Assembly: GCA_964057225.1 (NCBI GenBank)
Contig: OZ059895.1
Span: forward strand, 22,382,001 to 22,446,000
From: Auanema rhodensis
Taxonomy: Eukaryota; Animalia; Nematoda
Direction: 5' to 3'
DNA: 64,000 nt
Made by a program: the position numbers and the translations under genes. The notes beneath the pieces are model-generated. The model did not search any database. It had not been told where the DNA came from and worked only from the letters and a program-made list of their open reading frames with translations. This document shows positions 1 to 15,200 of this stretch, piece after piece. The first letter of the stretch is position 1, and every line of letters begins with the position of its first letter.

Positions 1-3000
1 TTAGTCTAAAAACAAATTTTTATTGATATTGGTGCTTGGTAACCATGACTTTGAAATTTACGTGAACTTTAATTTATGCTTATTAAGTGTACACGTGATG
101 TGCACTTGGTATGTAACTCGCTTCACGTGAAAGATAAAGGGATGCGGTTTTCAAAATTAGATTCCCCATGTCCATATTAGTCTAAAAACAAATTTTTATT
201 AATATTGGTGCATGGTAACCATGACTTTGAAATTTACGTGAACTTTAATTTATGCTAATTAAGTGTACACATGATGTGCGCTTGGTATGTAACTCGCTTC
301 ACGTGAAAGATAAAGAGATGCGGTTTTCAAAATTAGATTCCCCATTTCCATATTAGTCTAAAAACAATATTTTATTGATATTGGTGCATGGCAACCATGA
401 CTTTAAAATTTACGTGAACTTTAATTTATGCTAATTAAGTGTACACATGATGTGCACTTGGTATGTAACTCGCTTCACGTCAAAGATAAAGAGATGCGGT
501 TTTAAAAATTAGATTCCCCATGTCCATATTAGTCTAAAAACAAATTTTTATTAATATTGGTGCATGGTAACCATGACTTTGAAATTTACGTGAACTTTAA
601 TTTATGCTAATTAAGTGTACACATGATGTGCGCTTGGTATGTAACTCGCTTCACGTGAAAGATAAAGAGATGCGGTTTTCAAAATTAGATTCCCCATTTC
701 CATATTAGTCTAAAAACAATATTTTATTGATATTGGTGCATGGCAACCATGACTTTAAAATTTACGTGAACTTTAATTTATGCTAATTAAGTGTACACAT
801 GTTGTGCACTTGGTATGTAACTCGCTTCACGTCAAAGATAAAGAGATGCGGTTTTCAAAATTAGATTCCCCATGTCCATATTAGTCTAAAAACGAATTTT
901 TATTGATATTGATGCATGGTAACCATGACTTTGAAATTTACGTGAACTTTAATTTATGCTTATTCAGTGTACACGTGATGTGCACTTGGTATGTAACTTG
1001 CTTCACGTGAAAGATAAAGGGATGCGGTTTTCAAAATTAGATTCCACATGTCCATATTAGTCTAAAAACAAATTTTTGTTGATATTGGTGGATGGTAACC
1101 ATGACTTTGTAATTTACGTGAACTTTAATTTATGCTAATTAAGTGTACACGTGATGTGCACTTGGTATGTAACTCGCTTCACGTGAAAGATAAAGAGATG
1201 CGGTTTTCAAAATTAGATTCCTCATGTCCATATCAGTCTAAAAACGAATTTTTATTGATATTGATGCATGGTAACCATGACTTTGAAATTTACATGAACT
1301 TTAATTTATGCTTATTAAGTGTACACGTGATGTGCACTTGGTATGTAACTTGCTTCACGTGAAAGATAAAGGGATGCGGTTTTCAAAATTAGATTCCCCA
1401 TGTCCATATTAGTCTAAAAACAAATTTTTGTTGATATTGGTGGATGGTAACCATGACTTTGAAATTTACGTGAACTTTAATTTATGCTAATTAAGTGAAC
1501 ACATGATGTGCACTTGGTATGTAACTCGCTTCACGTGAAAGATAGAGAGATGCGGTTTTCAAAATAGATTCCCCATGTCCATATTAGTCTAAAAACGAAT
1601 TTTTATTGATATTGATTCATGGTAACCATGACTTTGAAAAGTACGTGAACTTTAATTTATGCTAATTAAGTGAACACATGATGTGCACTTGGTATGTAAC
1701 TCGCTTCACGTGAAAGATAAAGGGATGCGGTTTTCAAAAGTAGATTCCCCATGTCCATATTAGTCTAAAAACAAATTTTTATTAATATTGGTGCATGGTA
1801 ACCATGACTTTGAAATTTACGTGAACTTTAATTTATGCTAATTAAGTGTACACATGATGTGCGCTTGGTATGTAACTCGCTTCACGTGAAAGATAAAGAG
1901 ATGCGGTTTTCAAAATTAGATTCCCCATTTCCATATTAGTCTAAAAACAATATTTTATTGATATTGGTGCATGGCAACCATGACTTTAAAATTTACGTGA
2001 ACTTTAATTTATGCTAATTAAGTGTACACATGTTGTGCACTTGGTATGTAACTCGCTTCACGTCAAAGATAAAGAGATGCGGTTTTCAAAATTAGATTCC
2101 CCATGTCCATATTAGTCTAAAAACGAATTTTTATTGATATTGATGCATGGTAACCATGACTTTGAAATTTACGTGAACTTTAATTTATGCTTATTAAGTG
2201 TACACGTGATGTGCACTTGGTATGTAACTTGCTTCACGTGAAAGATAAAGGGATGCGGTTTTCAAAATTAGATTCCCCATGTCCATATTAGTCTAAAAAC
2301 AAATTTTTGTTGATATTGGTGGATGGTAACCATGACTTTGAAATTTACGTGAACTTTAATTTATGCTAATTAAGTGTACACGTGATGTGCACTCGGTATG
2401 TAACTCGCTTCACGTGAAATATGAAGAGATGCGGTTTTCAAAATTAGATTCCCCATGTCCATATTAGTCTAAAAACAAATTTTTATTGATATTGGTGCTT
2501 GGTAACCATGACTTTGAAATTTACGTGAACTTTAATTTATGCTTATTAAGTGTACACGTGATGTGCACTTGGTATGTAACTCGCTTCACGTGAAAGATAA
2601 AGGGATGCAGTTTTCAAAATTAGATTCCCCATGTCCATATTAGTCTAAAAACAAATTTTTATTAATATTGGTGCATGGTAACCATGACTTTGAAATTTAC
2701 GTGAACTTTAATTTATGCTAATTAAGTGTACACATGATGTGCGCTTGGTATGTAACTCGCTTCACGTGAAAGATAAAGAGATGCGGTTTTCAAAATTAGA
2801 TTCCCCATTTCCATATTAGTCTAAAAACAATATTTTATTGATATTGGTGCATGGCAACCATGACTTTAAAATTTACGTGAACTTTAATTTATGCTAATTA
2901 AGTGTACACATGATGTGCACTTGGTATGTAACTCGCTTCACGTCAAAGATAAAGAGATGCGGTTTTAAAAATTAGATTCCCCATGTCCATATTAGTCTAA

Positions 3001-3066
3001 AAACAAATTTTTATTAATATTGGTGCATGGTAACCATGACTTTGAAATTTACGTGAACTTTAATTT

Positions 3067-4650
3067 ATGCTAATTAAGTGTACACATGATGTGCGCTTGG
3101 TATGTAACTCGCTTCACGTGAAAGATAAAGAGATGCGGTTTTCAAAATTAGATTCCTCATGTCCATACTAGTCTAAAAACGAATTTTTATTGATATTGAT
3201 GCATGGTAACCATGACTTTGAAATTTACGTGAACTTTAATTTATGCTTATTAAGTGTACACGTGATGTGCACTTGGTATGTAACTTGCTTCACGTGAAAG
3301 ATAAAGGGATGCGGTTTTCAAAATTAGATTCCCCATGTCCATATTAGTCTAAAAACAAATTTTTGTTGATATTGGTGGATGGTAACCATGACTTTGTAAT
3401 TTACGTGAACTTTAATTTATGCTAATTAAGTGTACACGTGATGTGCACTTGGTATGTAACTCGCTTCACGTGAAAGATAAAGAGATGCGGTTTTCAAAAT
3501 TAGATTCCTCATGTCCATATTAGTCTAAAAACGAATTTTCATTGATATTGATGCATGGTAACCATGACTTTGAAATTTACGTGAACTTTAATTTATGCTT
3601 ATTAAGTGTACACATGATGTGCGCTTGGTATGTAACTCGCTTCACGTGAAAGATAAAGAGATGCGGTTTTCAAAATTAGATTCCTCTTGTCCATATTAGT
3701 CTAAAAACGAATTTTTATTGATATTGGTGCATGGTAACCATGACTTTGAAATTTACGTGAACTTTAATTTATGCTTATTAAGTGTACACGTGATGTGCAC
3801 TTGGTATGTAACTCGCTTCACGTCAAAGATAAAGAGATGCGGTTTTAAAAATTAGATTCCCCATGTCCATATTAGTCTAAAAACAAATTTTTATTAATAT
3901 TGGTGCATGGTAACCATGACTTTGAAATTTACGTGAACTTTAATTTATGCTAATTAAGTGTACACATGATGTGCGCTTGGTATGTAACTCGCTTCACGTG
4001 AAAGATAAAGAGATGCGGTTTTCAAAATTAGATTCCTCATGTCCATACTAGTCTAAAAACGAATTTTTATTGATATTGATGCATGGTAACCATGACTTTG
4101 AAATTTACGTGAACTTTAATTTATGCTTATTAAGTGTACACGTGATGTGCACTTGGTATGTAACTTGCTTCACGTGAAAGATAAAGGGATGCGGTTTTCA
4201 AAATTAGATTCCCCATGTCCATATTAGTCTAAAAACAAATTTTTGTTGATATTGGTGGATGGTAACCATGACTTTGTAATTTACGTGAACTTTAATTTAT
4301 GCTAATTAAGTGTACACGTGATGTGCACTTGGTATGTAACTCGCTTCACGTGAAAGATAAAGAGATGCGGTTTTCAAAATTAGATTCCTCATGTCCATAT
4401 TAGTCTAAAAACGAATTTTCATTGATATTGATGCATGGTAACCATGACTTTGAAATTTACGTGAACTTTAATTTATGCTTATTAAGTGTACACATGATGT
4501 GCGCTTGGTATGTAACTCGCTTCACGTGAAAGATAAAGAGATGCGGTTTTCAAAATTAGATTCCTCTTGTCCATATTAGTCTAAAAACGAATTTTTATTG
4601 ATATTGATGCATGGTAACCATGACTTTGAAATTTACGTGAACTTTAATTT
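3067..4650. repeat. 5-monomer (880-bp offset) local higher-order duplication
   Basis: Rare variant TTCCTCTTGT at 3681 and 4561 (880 apart). CATACTAG and GAATTTTCATT variants recur at the same offset. Confidence 0.85.
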
Positions 4651-5879
4651 ATGCTTATTAAGTGTACACGTGATGTGCACTTAGTATGTAACTTGCTTCA
4701 CGTGAAAGATAAAGGGATGCGGTTTTCAAAATTAGATTCCCCATGTCCATATTAGTCTAAAAACAAATTTTTGTTGATATTGGTGGATGGTAACCATGAC
4801 TTTGAAATTTACGTGAACTTTAATTTATGCTAATTAAGTGTAAACGTGATGTGCACTCGGTATGTAACTCGCTTCACGTGAAATATGAAGAGATGCGGTT
4901 TTCAAAATTAGATTCCCCATGTCCATATTAGTCTAAAAACAAATTTTTATTAATATTGGTGCTTGGTAACCATGACTTTGAAATTTACGTGAACTTTAAT
5001 TTATGCTAATTAAGTGAACACATGATGTGCACTTGGTATGTAACTCGCTTCACGTGAAAGATAGAGAGATGCGGTTTTCAAAATAGATTCCCCATGTCCA
5101 TATTAGTCTAAAAACGAATTTTTATTGATATTGATTCATGGTAACCATGACTTTGAAAATTACGTGAACTTTAATTTATGCTAATTAAGTGAACACATGA
5201 TGTGCACTTGGTATGTAACTCACTTCACGTGAAAGATAAAGAGATGTGGTTTTCAAAATAGATTCCCCATGTCCATATTAGTCTAAAAACGAATTTTTAT
5301 TGATATTGATTCATGGTAACCATGACTTTGAAAATTACGTGAACTTTAATTTATGCTTATTAAGTGTACACGTGATGTGCACTTGGTATGTAACTCGCTT
5401 CACGTGAAAGATAAAGGGATGCGGTTTTCAAAATTAGATTCCCCATGTCCATATTAGTCTAAAAACGAATTTTTATTGATATTGATTCATGGTAACCATG
5501 ACTTTGAAAATTACGTGAACTTTAATTTATGCTAATTAAGTGAACACATGATGTGCACTTGGTATGTAACTCGCTTCACGTGAAAGATAAAGAGATGTGG
5601 TTTTCAAAATAGATTCCCCATGTCCATATTAGTCTAAAAACGAATTTTTATTGATATTGATTCATGGTAACCATGACTTTGAAATTTACGTGAACTTTAA
5701 TTTATGCTTATTAAGTGTACACGTGATGTGCACTTAGTATGTAACTTGCTTCACGTGAAAGATAAAGGGATGCGGTTTTCAAAATTAGATTCCCCATGTC
5801 CATATTAGTCTAAAAACAAATTTTTGTTGATATTGGTGGATGGTAACCATGACTTTGAAATTTACGTGAACTTTAATTT

Positions 5880-8800
5880 ATGCTAATTAAGTGTACACGT
5901 GATGTGCACTCGGTATGTAACTCGCTTCACGTGAAATATGAAAAGATGCGGTTTTCAAAATTAGATTCCCCATGTCCATATTAGTCTAAAAACAAATTTT
6001 TATTAATATTGGTGCTTGGTAACCATGACTTTGAAATTTACGTGAACTTTAATTTATGCTAATTAAGTGAACACATGATGTGCACTTGGTATGTAACTCG
6101 CTTCACGTGAAAGATAGAGAGATGCGGTTTTCAAAATAGATTCCCCATGTCCATATTAGTCTAAAAACGAATTTTTATTGATATTGATTCATGGTAACCA
6201 TGACTTTGAAAATTACGTGAACTTTAATTTATGCTAATTAAGTGAACACATGATGTGCACTTGGTATGTAACTCGCTTCACGTGAAAGATAAAGAGATGT
6301 GGTTTTCAAAATAGATTCCCCATGTCCATATTAGTCTAAAAACGAATTTTTATTGATATTGATTCATGGTAACCATGACTTTGAAAATTACGTGAACTTT
6401 AATTTATGCTTATTAAGTGTACACGTGATGTGCACTTGGTATGTAACTCGCTTCACGTGAAAGATAAAGGGATGCGGTTTTCAAAATTAGATTCCCCATG
6501 TCCATATTAGTCTAAAAACAAATTTTTATTAATATTGGTGCATGGTAACCATGACTTTGAAATTTACGTGAACTTTAATTTATGCTAATTAAGTGTACAC
6601 ATGATGTGCGCTTGTTATGTAACTCGCTTCACGTGAAAGATAAAGAGATGCGGTTTTAAAAATTAGATTTCGCATGTCCATATTAGTCTAAAAACAAATT
6701 TTTATTGATATTGGTGCATGGTAACCATGACTTTGAAATTTACGTGAACTTTAATTTATGCTAATTAAGTGTACACATGATGTGCGCTTGGTATGTAACT
6801 CGCTTCACGTGAAAGATAAAGAGATGTGGTTTTCAAAATAGATTCCCCATGTCCATATTAGTCTAAAAACGAATTTTTATTGATATTGATTCATGGTAAC
6901 CATGACTTTGAAAATTACGTGAACTTTAATTTATGCTTATTAAGTGTACACGTGATGTGCACTTGGTATGTAACTCGCTTCACGTGAAAGATAAAGGGAT
7001 GCGGTTTTCAAAATTAGATTCCCCATGTCCATATTAGTCTAAAAACAAATTTTTATTAATATTGGTGCATGGTAACCATGACTTTGAAATTTACGTGAAC
7101 TTTAATTTATGCTAATTAAGTGTACACATGATGTGCGCTTGGTATGTAACTCGCTTCACGTGAAAGATAAAGAGATGCGGTTTTCAAAATTAGATTCCCC
7201 ATGTCCATATTAGTCTAAAAACAAATTTTTATTAATATTGGTGCATGGTAACCATGACTTTGAAATTTACGTGAACTTTCATTTATGCTAATTAAGTGTA
7301 CACATGATGTGCACTTGGTATGTAAAACGCTTCACGTCAAAGATAAAGAGATGCGGTTTTCCAAATTAGATTCCCCATGTCCATATCAGTTCAAAAACAA
7401 ATTTTTGTTGATATTGGTGGATGGTAACCATGACTTTGAAATTTACGTGAACTTTAATTTATGCTAATTAAGTGTACACATGATGTGCGCTTGGTATGTA
7501 ACTCGCTTCACGTGAAAGATAAAGGGATGCGGTTTTCAAAATTAGATTCCCCATGTCCATATTAGTCTAAAAACGAATTTTTATTGATATTGATGCATGG
7601 TAACCATGACTTTGAAATCTACGTGAACTTTAATTTATGCTTATTAAGTGTACACGTGATGTGCACTTGGTATGTAACTTGCTTCACGTGAAAGATAAAG
7701 GGATGCGGTTTTCAAAATTAGATTCCCCATGTCCATATTAGTCTAAAAACAAATTTTTGTTGATATTGGTGGATGGTAACCATGACTTTGAAATTTACGT
7801 GAACTTTAATTTATGCTAATTAAGTGTACACGTGATGTGCACTCGGTATGTAACTCGCTTCACGTGAAATATGAAGAGATGCGGTTTTCAAAATTAGATT
7901 CCCCATGTCCATATTAGTCTAAAAACAAATTTTTATTAATATTGGTGCTTGGTAACCATGACTTTGAAATTTACGTGAACTTTAATTTATGCTAATTAAG
8001 TGAACACATGATGTGCACTTGGTATGTAACTCGCTTCACGTGAAAGATAGAGAGATGCGGTTTTCAAAATAGATTCCCCATGTCCATATTAGTCTAAAAA
8101 CGAATTTTTATTGATATTGATTCATGGTAACCATGACTTTGAAAATTACGTGAACTTTAATTTATGCTAATTAAGTGAACACATGATGTGCACTTGGTAT
8201 GTAACTCGCTTCACGTGAAAGATAAAGAGATGTGGTTTTCAAAATAGATTCCCCATGTCCATATTAGTCTAAAAACGAATTTTTATTGATATTGATTCAT
8301 GGTAACCATGACTTTGAAAATTACGTGAACTTTAATTTATGCTTATTAAGTGTACACGTGATGTGCACTTGGTATGTAACTCGCTTCACGTGAAAGATAA
8401 AGGGATGCGGTTTTCAAAATTAGATTCCCCATGTCCATATTAGTCTAAAAACAAATTTTTATTAATATTGGTGCATGGTAACCATGACTTTGAAATTTAC
8501 GTGAACTTTAATTTATGCTAATTAAGTGTACACATGATGTGCGCTTGTTATGTAACTCGCTTCACGTGAAAGATAAAGAGATGCGGTTTTAAAAATTAGA
8601 TTTCGCATGTCCATATTAGTCTAAAAACAAATTTTTATTGATATTGGTGCATGGTAACCATGACTTTGAAATTTACGTGAACTTTAATTTATGCTAATTA
8701 AGTGTACACATGATGTGCGCTTGGTATGTAACTCGCTTCACGTGAAAGATAAAGAGATGTGGTTTTCAAAATAGATTCCCCATGTCCATATTAGTCTAAA

Positions 8801-9100
8801 AACGAATTTTTATTGATATTGATTCATGGTAACCATGACTTTGAAAATTACGTGAACTTTAATTTATGCTCATTAAGTGTACACGTGATGTGCACTTGGT
8901 ATGTAACTCGCTTCACGTGAAAGATAAAGGGATGCGGTTTTCAAAATTAGATTCCCCATGTCCATATTAGTCTAAAAACAAATTTTTATTAATATTGGTG
9001 CATGGTAACCATGACTTTGAAATTTACGTGAACTTTAATTTATGCTAATTAAGTGTACACATGATGTGCGCTTGGTATGTAACTCGCTTCACGTGAAAGA
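5880..9100. repeat. 11-monomer (1933-bp offset) duplication
   Basis: Rare variant CTTGTTATG at 6611 and 8544 (1933 = 11x176-3). The same monomer order starts at 5880 and 7813, including three 175-bp monomers. Confidence 0.8.
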
Positions 9101-9217
9101 TAAAGAGATGCGGTTTTCAAAATTAGATTTCGCATGTCCATATTAGTCTAAAAACAATTTTTTATTGATATTGGTGCATGGTAACCATGACTTTAAAATT
9201 TACGTGAACTTTAATTT

Positions 9218-12200
9218 ATGCTAATTAAGTGTACACATGATGTGCGCTTGGTATGTAACTCGCTTCACGTGAAAGATAAAGAGATGCGGTTTTCAAAATT
9301 AGATTCCTCATGTCCATATTAGTCTAAAAACGAATTTTTATTGATATTGATGCATGGTAACTATGACTTTGAAATTTACGTGAACTTTAATTTATGCTAA
9401 TTAAGTGTACACATGATGTGCACTTGGTATGTAACTCGCTTCACGTCAACGATAAAGAGATGCGGTTTTCAAAATTAGATTCCCCATGTCCATATTAGTC
9501 TAAAAACAAATTTTTATTAATATTGGTGCATGGTAACCATGACTTTGAAATTTACGTGAACTTTAATTTATGCTAATTAAGTGTACACATGATGTGCACT
9601 TGGTATGTAAAACGCTTCACGTCAAAGATAAAGAGATGCGGTTTTCCAAATTAGATTCCCCATGTCCATATCAGTTCAAAAACAAATTTTTGTTGATATT
9701 GGTGGATGGTAACCATGACTTTGAAATTTACGTGAACTTTAATTTATGCTAATTAAGTGTACACATGATGTGCGCTTGGTATGTAACTCGCTTCACGTGA
9801 AAGATAAAGGGATGCGGTTTTCAAAATTAGATTCCCCATGTCCATATTAGTCTAAAAACGAATTTTTATTGATATTGATGCATGGTAACCATGACTTTGA
9901 AATTTACGTGAACTTTAATTTATGCTTATTAAGTGTACACGTGATGTGCACTTGGTATGTAACTTGCTTCACGTGAAAGATAAAGGGATGCGGTTTTCAA
10001 AATTAGATTCCCCATGTCCATATTAGTCTAAAAACAAATTTTTGTTGATATTGGTGGATGGTAACCATGACTTTGAAATTTACGTGAACTTTAATTTATG
10101 CTAATTAAGTGTACACGTGATGTGCACTCGGTATGTAACTCGCTTCACGTGAAATATGAAGAGATGCGGTTTTCAAAATTAGATTCCCCATGTCCATATT
10201 AGTCTAAAAACAAATTTTTATTCATATTGGTGCTTGGTAACCATGACTTTGAAATTTACGTGAACTTTAATTTATGCTAATTAAGTGTACACATGATGTG
10301 CGCTTGGTATGTAACTCGCTTCACGTGAAAGATAAAGAGATGCGGTTTTCAAAATTAGATTCCTCATGTCCATATTAGTCTGAAAACGAATTTTTATTGA
10401 TATTGATGCATGGTAACTATGACTTTGAAATTTACGTGAACTTTAATTTATGCTAATTAAGTGTACACATGATGTGCACTTGGTATGTAACTCGCTTCAC
10501 GTCAACGATAAAGAGATGCGGTTTTCAAAATTAGATTCCCCATGTCCATATTAGTCTAAAAACAAATTTTTATTAATATTGGTGCATGGTAACCATGACT
10601 TTGAAATTTACGTGAACTTTAATTTATGCTAATTAAGTGTACACATGATGTGCACTTGGTATGTAAAACGCTTCACGTCAAAGATAAAGAGATGCGGTTT
10701 TCCAAATTAGATTCCCCATGTCCATATCAGTTCAAAAACAAATTTTTGTTGATATTGGTGGATGGTAACCATGACTTTGAAATTTACGTGAACTTTAATT
10801 TATGCTAATTAAGTGTACACATGATGTGCACTTGGTATGTAACTCGCTTCACGTCAACGATAAAGAGATGCGGTTTTCAAAATTAGATTCCCCATGTCCA
10901 TATTAGTCTAAAAACAAATTTTTATTGATATTGATGCATGGTAACTATGACTTTGAAATTTACGTGAACTTTAATTTATGCTAATTAAGTGTACACATGA
11001 TGTGCACTTGGTATGTAACTCGCTTCACGTCAACGATAAAGAGATGCGGTTTTCAAAATTAGATTCCTCATGTCCATATTAGTCTAAAAACGAATTTTTA
11101 TTGATATTGATGCATGGTAACTATGACTTTGAAATTTACGTGAACTTTAATTTATGCTAATTAAGTGTACACATGATGTGCACTTGGTATGTAACTCGCT
11201 TCACGTCAACGATAAAGAGATGCGGTTTTCAAAATTAGATTCCCCATGTCCATATTAGTCTAAAAACAAATTTTTATTAATATTGGTGCATGGTAACCAT
11301 GACTTTGAAATTTACGTGAACTTTAATTTATGCTAATTAAGTGTACACATGATGTGCACTTGGTATGTAAAACGCTTCACGTCAAAGATAAAGAGATGCG
11401 GTTTTCCAAATTAGATTCCCCATGTCCATATCAGTTCAAAAACAAATTTTTGTTGATATTGGTGGATGGTAACCATGACTTTGAAATTTACGTGAACTTT
11501 AATTTATGCTAATTAAGTGTACACATGATGTGCACTTGGTATGTAAAACGCTTCACGTCAAAGATAAAGAGATGCGGTTTTCCAAATTAGATTCCCCATG
11601 TCCATATCAGTTCAAAAACAAATTTTTGTTGATATTGGTGGATGGTAACCATGACTTTGAAATTTACGTGAACTTTAATTTATGCTAATTAAGTGTACAC
11701 ATGATGTGCGCTTGGTATGTAACTCGCTTCACGTGAAAGATAAAGGGATGCGGTTTTCAAAATTAGATTCCCCATGTCCATATTAGTCTAAAAACGAATT
11801 TTTATTGATATTGATGCATGGTAACCATGACTTTGAAATTTACGTGAACTTTAATTTATGCTTATTAAGTGTACACGTGATGTGCACTTGGTATGTAACT
11901 TGCTTCACGTGAAAGATAAAGGGATGCGGTTTTCAAAATTAGATTCCCCATGTCCATATTAGTCTAAAAACAAATTTTTGTTGATATTGGTGGATGGTAA
12001 CCATGACTTTGAAATTTACGTGAACTTTAATTTATGCTAATTAAGTGTACACGTGATGTGCACTCGGTATGTAACTCGCTTCACGTGAAATATGAAGAGA
12101 TGCGGTTTTCAAAATTAGATTCCCCATGTCCATATTAGTCTAAAAACAAATTTTTATTCATATTGGTGCTTGGTAACCATGACTTTGAAATTTACGTGAA

Positions 12201-15200
12201 CTTTAATTTATGCTAATTAAGTGAACACATGATGTGCACTTGGTATGTAACTCGCTTCACGTGAAAGATAAAGAGATGCGGTTTTCAAAATTAGATTTCG
12301 CATGTCCATATTAGTCTAAAAACAATTTTTTATTGATATTGGTGCATGGTAACCATGACTTTAAAATTTACGTGAACTTTAATTTATGCTAATTAAGTGT
12401 ACACATGATGTGCGCTTGGTATGTAACTCGCTTCACGTGAAAGATAAAGAGATGCGGTTTTCAAAATTAGATTCCTCATGTCCATATTAGTCTGAAAACG
12501 AATTTTTATTGATATTGATGCATGGTAACTATGACTTTGAAATTTACGTGAACTTTAATTTATGCTAATTAAGTGTACACATGATGTGCACTTGGTATGT
12601 AACTCGCTTCACGTCAACGATAAAGAGATGCGGTTTTCAAAATTAGATTCCCCATGTCCATATTAGTCTAAAAACAAATTTTTATTAATATTGGTGCATG
12701 GTAACCATGACTTTGAAATTTACGTGAACTTTAATTTATGCTAATTAAGTGTACACATGATGTGCACTTGGTATGTAAAACGCTTCACGTCAAAGATAAA
12801 GAGATGCGGTTTTCCAAATTAGATTCCCCATGTCCATATCAGTTCAAAAACAAATTTTTGTTGATATTGGTGGATGGTAACCATGACTTTGAAATTTACG
12901 TGAACTTTAATTTATGCTAATTAAGTGTACACATGATGTGCACTTGGTATGTAAAACGCTTCACGTCAAAGATAAAGAGATGCGGTTTTCCAAATTAGAT
13001 TCCCCATGTCCATATCAGTTCAAAAACAAATTTTTGTTGATATTGGTGGATGGTAACCATGACTTTGAAATTTACGTGAACTTTAATTTATGCTAATTAA
13101 GTGTACACATGATGTGCGCTTGGTATGTAACTCGCTTCACGTGAAAGATAAAGGGATGCGGTTTTCAAAATTAGATTCCCCATGTCCATATTAGTCTAAA
13201 AACGAATTTTTATTGATATTGATGCATGGTAACCATGACTTTGAAATTTACGTGAACTTTAATTTATGCTTATTAAGTGTACACGTGATGTGCACTTGGT
13301 ATGTAACTTGCTTCACGTGAAAGATAAAGGGATGCGGTTTTCAAAATTAGATTCCCCATGTCCATATTAGTCTAAAAACAAATTTTTGTTGATATTGGTG
13401 GATGGTAACCATGACTTTGAAATTTACGTGAACTTTAATTTATGCTAATTAAGTGTACACGTGATGTGCACTCGGTATGTAACTCGCTTCACGTGAAATA
13501 TGAAGAGATGCGGTTTTCAAAATTAGATTCCCCATGTCCATATTAGTCTAAAAACAAATTTTTATTCATATTGGTGCTTGGTAACCATGACTTTGAAATT
13601 TACGTGAACTTTAATTTATGCTAATTAAGTGAACACATGATGTGCACTTGGTATGTAACTCGCTTCACGTGAAAGATAAAGAGATGCGGTTTTCAAAATT
13701 AGATTTCGCATGTCCATATTAGTCTAAAAACAATTTTTTATTGATATTGGTGCATGGTAACCATGACTTTAAAATTTACGTGAACTTTAATTTATGCTAA
13801 TTAAGTGTACACATGATGTGCGCTTGGTATGTAACTCGCTTCACGTGAAAGATAAAGAGATGCGGTTTTCAAAATTAGATTCCTCATGTCCATATTAGTC
13901 TGAAAACGAATTTTTATTGATATTGATGCATGGTAACTATGACTTTGAAATTTACGTGAACTTTAATTTATGCTAATTAAGTGTACACATGATGTGCACT
14001 TGGTATGTAACTCGCTTCACGTCAACGATAAAGAGATGCGGTTTTCAAAATTAGATTCCCCATGTCCATATTAGTCTAAAAACAAATTTTTATTAATATT
14101 GGTGCATGGTAACCATGACTTTGAAATTTACGTGAACTTTAATTTATGCTAATTAAGTGTACACATGATGTGCACTTGGTATGTAAAACGCTTCACGTCA
14201 AAGATAAAGAGATGCGGTTTTCCAAATTAGATTCCCCATGTCCATATCAGTTCAAAAACAAATTTTTGTTGATATTGGTGGATGGTAACCATGACTTTGA
14301 AATTTACGTGAACTTTAATTTATGCTAATTAAGTGTACACATGATGTGCGCTTGGTATGTAACTCGCTTCACGTGAAATATGAAGAGATGCGGTTTTCAA
14401 AATTAGATTCCCCATGTCCATATTAGTCTAAAAACAAATTTTTATTCATATTGGTGCTTGGTAACCATGACTTTGAAATTTACGTGAACTTTAATTTATG
14501 CTAATTAAGTGAACACATGATGTGCACTTGGTATGTAACTCGCTTCACGTGAAAGATAAAGAGATGCGGTTTTCAAAATTAGATTTCGCATGTCCATATT
14601 AGTCTAAAAACAATTTTTTATTGATATTGGTGGATGGTAACCATGACTTTAAAATTTACGTGAACTTTAATTTATGCTAATTAAGTGTACACATGATGTG
14701 CGCTTGGTATGTAACTCGCTTCACGTGAAAGATAAAGAGATGCGGTTTTCAAAATTAGATTCCTCATGTCCATATTAGTCTGAAAACGAATTTTTATTGA
14801 TATTGATGCATGGTAACTATGACTTTGAAATTTACGTGAACTTTAATTTATGCTAATTAAGTGTACACATGATGTGCACTTGGTATGTAACTCGCTTCAC
14901 GTCAACGATAAAGAGATGCGGTTTTCAAAATTAGATTCCCCATGTCCATATTAGTCTAAAAACAAATTTTTATTAATATTGGTGCATGGTAACCATGACT
15001 TTGAAATTTACGTGAACTTTAATTTATGCTAATTAAGTGTACACATGATGTGCACTTGGTATGTAAAACGCTTCACGTCAAAGATAAAGAGATGCGGTTT
15101 TCCAAATTAGATTCCCCATGTCCATATCAGTTCAAAAACAAATTTTTGTTGATATTGGTGGATGGTAACCATGACTTTGAAATTTACGTGAACTTTAATT

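Noticed and set aside
1-176. CENP-B box, tRNA/5S-derived unit or telomeric motif in the monomer
   Set aside because: No TTCG-N4-A-N2-CGGG motif, no cloverleaf or convincing Pol III A/B boxes, and no tandem telomeric repeats are visible.
140-185. Assignment to Arabidopsis CEN178, Brassica CentBr or honeybee AluI satellite
   Set aside because: Only the length or short words (TGCGGTTT, GTCCATAT.AGTC) recall these families from memory, and the spacing differs. The monomer lacks AAGCTT and AGCT sites. A BLAST search is required.
1132-1362. 76-aa ORF (and the 60-aa ORF at 61300-61482)
   Set aside because: Chance read-through from point changes (TAG->CAG or TGG, TAA->TTA) in single monomers.
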